From Trichosphaerium sp. ATCC 40318 (Eukaryota > Protista > Tubulinea): a stretch of 33,657 nt of DNA. Positions within the stretch are counted from its first letter, which is position 1, and each line of letters begins with the position of its first letter. The position numbers and the translations under genes are program-made. Below the pieces are notes generated by a model. That model made no database searches. It had not been told where the DNA came from and worked only from the letters and a program-made list of their open reading frames with translations. Of the stretch, positions 24,301 to 33,657 are shown piece by piece. The stretch is taken from assembly GCA_038496445.1 (NCBI GenBank), contig JALMLS010000152.1, forward strand, positions 1 through 33,657, given 5' to 3'.

Positions 24301-25886
24301 GTTCTTGCTGACCTCATTCTTAAACAAACTGATATCAAAGTCAACCCAGATGCTCTTTTTGATGTCCAGATCAAGCGTATTCATGAATACAAGCGCCAGT
24401 TACTCAACATTCTGAGGTACCATCTCATAATGCGTTCCCTTTTTTGTAACATATCTTTAGTGTTATTGCTCAATACCTTGATATTTTGAGCGCATCTGAC
24501 CAAGCTAAATCAGAAATGGTCCCACGTGTTGTTATTTTTGGCGGTAAAGCAGCTCCTGGATACCATAATGCGAAGATGATTATTAAACTCATATGCAGTG
24601 TCGCAAATGTTGTTAACAACGACTACAAAGTGTCCAACCTCCTAAAGGTATTTTCAACAGACAAAATCTTCTTCTTAGTTGCTAACCTTTTTTTGAGGTT
24701 GTATTCCTGGCCAACTACAATGTATCTTTAGCTGAAGTTATCATTCCTGCTGCTGATATATCTCAACATATTTCTACTGCAGGATACGAAGCCTCAGGAA
24801 CAAGGTAAAGGATATGATGTAAAACCATCAAATTTGCTTATTTTTTTTCAGCAACATGAAATTCGCTTTGAATGCTGGTATTATTCTTGGTACTTGGGAT
24901 GGCGCTAACATCGAGATTGTTGAAGAAGTCGGTGAAGAAAATGTTTACATATTTGGAACCCGCAAAGATGGTGTTGCAGCCGCAAGAAGGTATAGACAGA
25001 GCATGCGAAAAAATTAAGAAAAACTTGGTAAAAAGATTTTTAACAACTTTGTAGTCATGGGCATAGACAAATTGATGTTCGTTTGTACAAGGTCTTAGAA
25101 ACAATCCAATCCGGTACTTTTGGTGACCCAGAACCATTCAAGTGTCTTACGGATAAGCTATGGACAGGCACGAACTATATTCTTTCAAAAAAAACGAGAT
25201 TAACCTTAACACGTGTTTTAATTTCTTTAATAGGAGATGATTACTACCTCCTTGCTGAGGATTTTACTAGTTACCTAGAATGCAAAAAGAAGGTTGACAA
25301 GAACTTCATGGGTACACTTTAATCCAACAAAAAAGTTATTTATTTTTCAAAACAAAGCTGACATTTGTTTCAACAAAATAGATAAAGACTTGTGGTCTCG
25401 TCAAATGATCTTAACAACAGCTGGGATGGGTAAATTCAGCAGTGATCGCACTATTAAGGAGTATGCAAGAGACATTTGGGGTGTCAAGGTACAAAGTTTT
25501 TTGCAATGAAAAAAAAACCAAGTCAAAAAATTTATTTTGAATAATGAATTGTGTCAAAATTATCGCACCAACAGTTTCGAAAAAACTACGTGCCTGCGCA
25601 TCCCAGACCAACCATAAGGCTCCATGGTGTAACGGTTATCATACGTGTTTTTGGTACATGTGACCCCGGTTCGACTCCGGGTGGAGCCTAATATCTTTTT
25701 ATGTGGTGTTATTTGACGCTGAAAAACAAGCGTTGGTGCTGAAGCGTTTTCAAAGTAATTTTCACTGAATATTCGTCCTAGCCTTGTGCCCTTCCTCTTG
25801 TTGAAGATGTCGAACTCAACGTTCCTAAGATGGGCAAGACACCAACCTCATTCACTCCAGACTCGGATTCCTCCTACGAGACATAA
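21337..25886 (+). CDS. Glycogen phosphorylase (GT35)
   Basis: [61 protein letters not shown]-lysine motif [21 protein letters not shown]. Many introns, including GC-AG at 23644 and 25168; last exon 25782-25886. Confidence 0.97.
25618..25689 (+). tRNA. tRNA-Gln(UUG), inside the last intron (25489-25781) of glycogen phosphorylase
   Basis: Cloverleaf: GGCTCCA/TGGAGCC acceptor, CGTGT-TTTTGGT-ACATG anticodon arm (TTG), CCCGG-TTCGACT-CCGGG T arm, T discriminator. Confidence 0.96.
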
Positions 25887-25990
25887 TTCCAAAATACCAA
25901 GAACGACAGACTAAAACAATTCGCAATAAATAAAATAGCAGTTAACAACTCTTTTGGCTCAAAAATTCTTGAATGTATTTTAATAACTGT

Positions 25991-28900
25991 TTACATCATG
26001 CCAGGAGGTATTTGTGGACCAGCTGGGCCACCAGGTGGACCGCCAGGACCGCCTTCAGCGTTCTTAGACGTAACACCTGAAACAATCATATCAACTCTTA
26101 GGAGCATGTTAGCGGCTTCAATTGCTGTCTTGATTGTCTGAGCCTTTACTTGGTATGGTTCCCAAACACCGTACTCCTTTTGATCTACGATAGTACCTAC
26201 ACATTTATGAGTAAACGTTTCAAGAATTTGTACCGCTACTCGCGCGACAAAATAGGCTAAAATGAAGTATACGTACCTTCAATACCATTAAGACCCCATG
26301 TAGCGTTATCACCAGAGGCGTGCTTGGCCTTCAAGGAGTTGATAACTTTAACGACGTTTTGACCGCAATTTGTTGCTAGAGTACGTGGAATAACTTCCAA
26401 AGCATCAGCAATTTGAGTGTAAGCCCATTGCTCAACACCAGGGATTTCTTTTGCTTTTTCTCTCAAACGGACAGATAGCTCCATTTCGCAAGCACCACCA
26501 CCTGGTACGAGTTTTGGCTCAAAGATAATGTTACGAGCAGTGAAGAGAGCATCCTACAGGAAAAAAGGTTAGATTGAAAAAACGGGGAGAGGACTTTCGT
26601 TGAATAAAAAATACTTTTGAGAAAGTTGTTTTGGTGGTTAACTACGCGCAGAGGCTTCTACGCAAAAACACCTGGAGCAATAAAAATAAAAAATACGTAC
26701 TTGCAAACCGCGCTCTACTTCAGATAACAAATCTTTCATAGCACCACGAAGCAAAATTGTACAAGCTCTAGGGTCTTTGCACTCGATAAAAGAATAGTAT
26801 TCATCACCCATTTTACGGACTTCAAAGAGCTCAGCTGTACCAACATCAGATTCTTTAAGTTCTGCAGGTCTGTGAACAATTGTAGCGCCAGTAGCTCTAT
26901 AGTAAAAAACAAGCGAGTAAGCCTCAAAGCACATAGAGAGAGAAGAAAACGAGATAAGTTTAATTCAAACAAAACAGTTTTTTTTATAACATCAGAAACT
27001 CCGATCATACTCAAAGAATTTCATAAGGCTCTGGAGATAGTTTCATCACGTGATGAGTGGAAATAATGAATTTTGCAACATTTCTAAGGGTTTTTTTTTC
27101 TTCGTTTTGCGAAAAAAATAATTGCTTGTGCGTACCTAGCAAGACGGTCGTTATCTGTCTTTTTCAAACGACGCAAAGCGGTTACGCCAGCTTTTTGGAA
27201 ATAGTGTTGAGCGAGATCAGAACAACCCTTCTCAGTGACTACAAGGTCTGGTTTCAACTTTAAGATGTTATCGCATAAGTTTTTGACATATTGTTCCTCT
27301 TGTTGCAATAATTCCATAAATGCATTCTCATCCATAATGTCAACTGTGGATTGGGATTCTCCCTTTTTGTATTCGAGAGTGCAATCGAGGAGAACTAAAC
27401 CACGTTAGACGGACATACATTAAAACCGCTTAAAACGGTCAAAAGAGAACGTACTGACTCTTGGGTTTTCAATGCGTCTTCGCATCTTAGCATGGGTTAC
27501 ATCCTTGTTCATAACGACGCCAGGAACTACTCTGCAGTCCTTGATTTCACCACCAGGTACCTAAAGGCAGGGTAAGGAGCAGCAAAAAAGCAAAAAGATA
27601 TTAGGCTCCACCCGGAGTCGAACCGGGGTCACATGTACCAAAAACACGTATGATAACCGTTACACCATGGAGCCTTCTTCTTATGAAAAGAAAGAAAATA
27701 GTGCGGTTTTAGTCAAAAAATATTTGTAGATCCCTTTTTTGCGAATGAAATAAATTTGTACCTTCATTGTGTAACAATAACGTTTCAAGTCAACCTCAAG
27801 ACGTCCGTCAATTTCTGTCTTTACGTAACCTACAGCCTGTGCTGCCAAACCACACATAAAGTCCTCGTAACGTGCGATGAATTTTGTACTAATGCATGTT
27901 TTGATAACCTAACGTAGCGTCAGAGAAATTGTTTTTGCGTAGCAACAGACAAAATACGATAATTGTGTTAAAATCAGAAAAATATCCAAGTATGCTCAAC
28001 GAATTTCACAAGGCTCTGGAGATGTATCTTCATGGTTTTCTCAAAAAATGCCAACTCGTTTTACCAATGACAAGTTTCTAAACTGTTTACGTACATCAAT
28101 CATGACTTCTTTTTTTGACGCGTCAACATCTTTTGACATGCCTTTTAGTATGTTGAGGGCATCTTCCAATGCTCTTTAAAATACTGTTAACAACTAGGAA
28201 AAAGAGCGAACAAAATTGCAATAAAACACGTCGAGCTTTGTTGAGATTAAATGGCTGTGAAGCGACTTTGAGAAAAAAAACTGTTTGACGCTTTAATTTT
28301 TTCAAAAATGATGTAAATCTTTTCGTACTTTGTGTATCCATCAATGATAACGTGAGGGTGTACTCGTTTATCAATAAGAGCTTCTGCTTTGGATAATACT
28401 TCACCAGCAAGAATTACAACAGATGTGGTACCGTCACCGACCTTTTTGAGTTATAAGTACATACATTCGAGAGTAAAAATAAGCTTTGTCTGAAAGACGT
28501 AAAAGTAAGCGTTTTGAAGAGGATCAGGCTGAAAACTCGAGTATTTTTGTGAACGAGCTTATTTTAAATCGTTCTGGCGCGTCTTGTTCTGTTATAGCGA
28601 TACAATAGAACCAGAACAATAAATTGAGCGTTTTCCTGATTCTCAGTGCGTGTACAAAAAAATACTAGTTTGCTTTTTTTTTTTTTGCTGCCAGTTTACG
28701 CTGTATGGGCGTTGTTGTAACACTAAAAATAAGGCGAAGCGTACGTTTTCGTCCTGTGATTTACTTAAATCAATGAGAGTCTTAGCAGCAGGGTGAGCTA
28801 CGCTGACCTCTCTCAATATGGCGTTTCCGTCGTTTGTAATTAACAACTGACCGCGGTCGCTCAAAATCATTTTCATCATTGATTTTGGGCCTAGAGATGA

Positions 28901-29173
28901 TCTGATGATATTCGCGACAGCCTACAGCGCATTTAAGAAGAGTAACTCGCGTTAAAAGAGATGAGCGAAGAGGATTGTAAAGCGACGAATTACGCCCGAA
29001 TCCTACGGATTAGGTGACAAAATTACCTTAGCAGCTTGAATAGTGCCTTTCTGGGCTTCATCGCCAGACTCCCTCTTAGTGTTGGCATCTTTCGCATTGC
29101 TGTTAATTTATAGTGTCGTAGAACGTGAAAACGTACTCAAAACTAAAACTGGCGGGCGCTGTCCTTGCATCAT
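25991..29173 (-). CDS. CCT3: T-complex protein 1 subunit gamma (CCT-gamma)
   Basis: LGPKSMMKM, TNDGNAILRE, VGDGTTSV, DVTHAKMRRRIENPRV, LEYKKGESQ, VPGGGACEM after splicing. Confidence 0.96.
26992..27049 (-). ncRNA. Candidate box C/D snoRNA (copy A) in a CCT3 intron
   Basis: Minus strand GTGATGA (C) aact ATCTCCAGAGCCTT ATGA (D') ... TGAGTA (C'-like) ... CTGA (D); paralog at 27974-28033. Confidence 0.75.
27603..27674 (-). tRNA. tRNA-Gln(UUG), inside CCT3 intron 27561-27761
   Basis: Exact reverse complement of 25618-25689. Confidence 0.96.
27974..28033 (-). ncRNA. Candidate box C/D snoRNA (copy B) in a CCT3 intron
   Basis: Minus strand ATGAAGA (C variant) tac ATCTCCAGAGCCTT GTGA (D') ... TGAGCA ... 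CTGA (D); same D' guide as copy A. Confidence 0.7.
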
Positions 29174-29299
29174 TGTTTCTGGTGTAAAGCTGTGGGTTAA
29201 TTTCACAAAAATGAACTTTATTGACATGCCAAATCACCAGTTTTCGCCTAGTTCCACAGGTAATAACGTTGTATTCCTCCGTTACCAGAAAGAATAACA
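29174..29299. promoter_or_regulatory. Putative bidirectional promoter between CCT3 and ITPK1
   Basis: Divergent start codons with only 126 bp between them. Confidence 0.5.
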
Positions 29300-31263
29300 A
29301 TGGCTTCAAATGACTGTAATTTAAATCTTGACGTTGGTTATTACATCCCCACTAAGAAATTGAAGGTACGTACACTGGCACTGTTCGGGCGCACGTTTAT
29401 AGCGTACAGGTGTCACTCTTACAAGCCTTAGGTGTTACACATTGACGAATGGGCTGTAGAAGCTGTAAAACACCCAAACATAAAGTCTTGTAGTCTTATT
29501 GATCTGGAAAAAGATCTAGCTAGTCAGGGTAATTTTGATGCGATCCTCACGAAGCTTACAGGCTTGCTGGTACGATAAAAGCCAAAAACACCATTTTTCT
29601 AAAACAGTCACTCTGTGATGGGATGGCGTAGCAGACGCTATATGTCTAGTAGAAGCGTCACTAACACGTATTCTACAGGTAAAACACGATGACAGTAAAG
29701 CTCAGCGTAAATTACAACGCGTCAAAGATTACATAATCGCAAACCCTAAAACAGCACAAGTACGTTCTTGCCATAAACATCAAGCAATTCTTTTTCTTTT
29801 TTAGCTTACCCAAAAAACGCAAAGTCTTAATGTTCAATCTATGCACTATAAGACGCTCATTCTTTATTTTCCATGTACATTTACCCACATTCTTTAAGGT
29901 AGACCCGATATCATCACAAAAAAAGACTATCGCGCGTGACGAGATGGAAGCAATATTCGCTCACCTTGTTACAAAAAGCTTTGATTTTGTACTTATACCA
30001 AAGGTAAGTGGTTTTTCTCTTTGTGTACAAATTAGGCAAATATTCGGACTTTGTGACTAATCGTCTACTCGGTAGACTGTAATAGTAACAAAATCGGGTG
30101 ACTACATGTCACAATTACCTAAAGATTTCACTTTTCCAGCGATATGTAAGACACTACAGGTACATTAGATAACTTTTATGGAACGAGTAAAGAGTACTTT
30201 GTTTTCAAAAAAAAAAAAGAATACGCTCTACACATAAATCTCTAGCATAGAGGAATGCTCTGTACACGCTCTGTTCCTTCAAAAACTACAGAATTAATTT
30301 AATTTTGATGTTTTTAGGCTTCAGGTGGTATGGCAGCTCATGAAATGGGTATTATATGGCGAGCAGAGCAACTAGAGAAGTTTGAAAAACCAATTTTGTG
30401 TCAGGTTAGTAAACTCGTCCTAAACAAATTAAAACAGCTATATCGACCGAATTAAAGCTAACGACAATACTGCAATACATTTTGGAGAACAAATAGCGTA
30501 AAAAACCTACCACAACCGCAGAGTGACGCTGTTCTTTTTTATTTCTTTTTTTTTTTGAATTTTTTTTTTAAAGCCATGCTAACATGCGCTTGGTAGGAAT
30601 ATGTTGACCATGACGCTACGATTTTTAAAGTATATGTACTTGGTGAAGAATCTAATATAATAACACGTGTTTCATTTCCTAATTTTACAGATGATACAAC
30701 ACTTTCAGGTACGCACTTTAGTTTGTTTTTTGTTTACAAACTATTTTCTATGTTTTTTGTTATTTCTTTGCTTTTGTCTACTTACACGTGATTTTAGATA
30801 AACCAATCATGTTTAATAGTCAAGACTGGAAGCATGAGCTACCAGCACATTTACAAACAAAAATAGCAGGTAAAGCAGCTGAACCTAGTATGGAACAAGT
30901 ACGTCCTTTTTTTTATTATTCTTTTGATGATATCGTTTTCTTCCTTCCTTCACCAAGGTCTTATAAAATCAACTTTTTTTTGTTAAAAGCACCCTTCGTG
31001 TGCTTATATTCTGAGCTATCCCTTGGCCATTACTGCTGTGTTTTCTGTTGTTAATGTAGTTGTAGGTAACTAAAATCTCAAATGCATTGTCAGAAGGACT
31101 TGGATTGACAATTTTCGGATATGATCTTATAACATGTGCAAAGACAAAGAAACATGCTATAATCGATATAAATTACTTCCCTGATTTCTCCAAGGTTCCA
31201 AATTTTCATAAAAAGTTAACACAGCTTATTGTTGATGTATACAAAGCAAAGAATAATAAATAA
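29300..31263 (+). CDS. ITPK1: Inositol-tetrakisphosphate 1-kinase / inositol 1,3,4-trisphosphate 5/6-kinase (ATP-grasp)
   Basis: QGNFDAILTKL, VDP, FPAICK, AHEMGI, QEYVDHDATIFKVYVLG, LGLTIFGYDLI, IIDINYFP. Confidence 0.92.
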
Positions 31264-31530
31264 GTACAATAATTTAAACAAAGTTACTAGTTACTAGTAT
31301 TAAATTTATAGGCGTGTTACAAATAACTTTCTCAGCATGTGTGTACTTTCACAAAAAAATGCGTTACTACTAAGAATAGTTCTAGTGAAAGGAATACACG
31401 GGAGAATATTGTGTATAAAAATACAACAAAGCAAGTTATCTCAAAATAATGTTATCATATGTTGTATCTAACAGTCAAACATACTCATGCTGACAAAGCA
31501 CATTAGAAGACGTAACAGTTTTATTTACTT

Positions 31531-33657
31531 TCACAGAACTATCACAAGCGTTCCCAGAAGCACAAGTTGGAGATACAGTTGGAAGAGTACTGTAGCACTT
31601 GTACTAGTTCCTTGAGGTGGCGCTATAGGCGATGTTGGCTGTGTTGGCTGTGTTGGACCTGTTGGACCTGTTGGACCTGTTGGACCTGTGGTAGCTATAG
31701 GAGCACGTGGTGCTGCAGTAGGAATAGCAGTTGGAGCTACTGGAGGTGTTGGAGGAACAGGTGCAGGAGTAAATGTGATACCAGAAGTACGACGATACAC
31801 AAATCTAGTTACTACCCGGTTAATATAAAGTCCGTCTTGCCATACAATAACTCCTGTTCTGTCGTAATCGTCAAAATTCCAAGTGTACAGTATGTCTTCA
31901 GTATTTGATCTAATTACTGTTTCTGTATCGAACAGAGGTGGCGTAAATACACTAAATGCAAACGTCAAAGGAAGATGATTGCCAGAAAAAACAAGGAAAA
32001 GATATCGCCTGTTTGCTCTTTTCACGTGTTTGTTTTTTGAAGATGTTTTGGGGTACGTACGATAACTTCCATCCTCGTGGGAACTGTTCGTGTCCGAGTA
32101 TAAGTATATCGTGCTTTTTGTCATAGTGTAAACGATTACATTGAGGACAATTGTCTGACGTCAAGCTAATAATTGTACCAGAATCTCCAGACGCAAGATC
32201 AGTAACTACAACATTAAGTGTGTTCACATCAATAGTTAAAAGGAACATTGATGTTGCTTCTGGTGGAGGTGTTGGAGATCTTGTTGTAGGAGTAGGTGTT
32301 GGTGATTCTGTAGTTGGCGCTACAGTTGATGGAGGTTCGGTAGTTGGCGGTATGGTTGTTGGCTGCTCTGTTGGAGACATTGTAGTTGGAGGAGCGTTTG
32401 TTGGTGGGGCTGTTGGAACTAAATTTTGTTCTCTGGAAGCAAGAACGAATATTTTATCATTAACAGGTGAAGCCTATTGTTAAAATTAGTAACTTGTATT
32501 TTAGGGTTTTTTTGTACTGTGACACCATTAATATACCATGAAGAAGACTCGTATCCATTAAAAAGTTCCCCAATAGCAGGGTTTGTATTATTTAAAATAG
32601 TTGTTGCTTCTGCAGGAGCAGCGGCTGTATCATAAGAGTAGCATTGGAAAGAAGCTGCTTCTCCAAGGCAGAAGTATACAACATCTAAAGTAATTGAGTT
32701 AAGTGAGTTCTATTGTCAAATAGACATTTCGTGAAGAGTTGTGTAGTCACTGGCTGTAGTACATACAAAATTCTTGTAATTTGATTCAACGGATCGAAAA
32801 TGAATGGAAAAGAATAAAGAAAACCCAAAACCAGTACCTCTTATAGAAGTTGAGCTAATATCACCAATGATACTATCCGTTGAGTTCATATCAACAGTGA
32901 ATGCAGTATGTGTTCTATTAACTATAAGTTTCTCAAGTCCTTCTGTTGGCCTGAAATATGCTCTGAATGCGATTGATCCAAGTGTATCAGTGCCATCAAT
33001 GCGACGGAAATCCTCTGTGAAGAAAACAACACCTTTTGATGTTGCAACAGTCTCTGTTTCATCTAGTGTTCACAAAGAATAAGTTCTTGACCTTTAGTAG
33101 GTTGAAGATTTATTAGAAACCTTACATATTGTGACTTCACCCAATGGGTCATGAAGAACATGTAAAAGTTGGGCTGCCTGATCATCAGGAACATACACAA
33201 TTCTAAGAAAAAAACCCAAAGTTAGTCTTACTAGACAAGTACAACAAGATCAGTGCTTACCTTCCTTGTACTGAGTTGTAGTGAAATGTAATAATATATC
33301 CGTCATTAACACGCTCACAATTGAATCCTCCAAATGTACTAGAGTTCCCACCAGTAGTAGTTGAGAATTCATACAAAAGAGAAATATCATCCAACGCTTT
33401 TAGACGGAACACTTTAACTATTAATTCGTTTTCATTTTCAGGATTGCCGACTGTAAAAGCAGCGCATCCGTCCTTAGAATAGGCATAAGTACAAAGACTA
33501 CATACAATATTCCAAACGGCCAAACAAAATACTTTCTGCAACAATGCACTTACTGCTTGGTTTCTTCTAATTGATCTCCAGTGTATAAGAGTTGTTTCAT
33601 TTATTGGCATTTGGGCTGGTTGCCTAATGATATCCCCTTCAGCATTCACTTTTGTGA
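31531..33657 (-). CDS. 5'-partial Pro/Thr-rich cell-surface protein with hydrophobic C-terminal tail (likely GPI signal)
   Basis: PTTEPP/PTTRSPTPP and TGPTGPTGPTQPTQP linkers; tail GTSTSATVLFQLYLQLVLLGTLVIVL*; GT-AG introns. Confidence 0.7.
31634..31689 (-). repeat. Coding 9-bp tandem repeat (GPT/QPT units)
   Basis: tgttggacc x3 and tgttggctg x2 on the + strand. Confidence 0.85.

Noticed and set aside
25618-25689. Suppressor or Lys tRNA reading of the T-rich loop
   Set aside because: Stem pairing fixes the loop as TT-TTG-GT, a standard Gln anticodon.
31567-32483. Plus-strand ORFs rich in CW or VG repeats, and similar antisense ORFs such as 1319-1669 and 19657-20046
   Set aside because: They are shadows of real coding sequence on the opposite strand.
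1-33657. CRISPR array, rRNA or prokaryotic operon/defence system
   Set aside because: No repeat-spacer array or rRNA-like sequence was seen; the DNA is spliceosomal-intron-rich eukaryotic sequence.

Overview
AT-rich, gene-dense eukaryotic (protist-like, possibly amoebozoan; inference) nuclear DNA with many short spliceosomal introns, which is why the ORF track is fragmented. Hand-spliced gene models give, in order: a kinase C-terminal duplicate fragment, a MoaD/MOCS2A-like protein, an unknown protein with a DnaJ-type Zn finger, a sirtuin, a Ser/Thr kinase, a DOMON-copper monooxygenase, a ~10.4 kb block bracketed by a diverged ~300 bp inverted repeat (four F-box genes or fragments, a fucosyltransferase-like gene and an atypical Rab-like GTPase, several with lesions), glycogen phosphorylase, CCT3, ITPK1 and a Pro/Thr-rich surface protein. 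The most striking feature is the use of introns as RNA hosts. Two identical tRNA-Gln(UUG) genes lie sense-strand in introns of two convergent genes and carry an internal T5 run, two paralogous C/D snoRNA candidates lie in other CCT3 introns, and many longer introns contain long-range stems. CACGTG is also strongly over-represented. All models were derived by eye without database searches.
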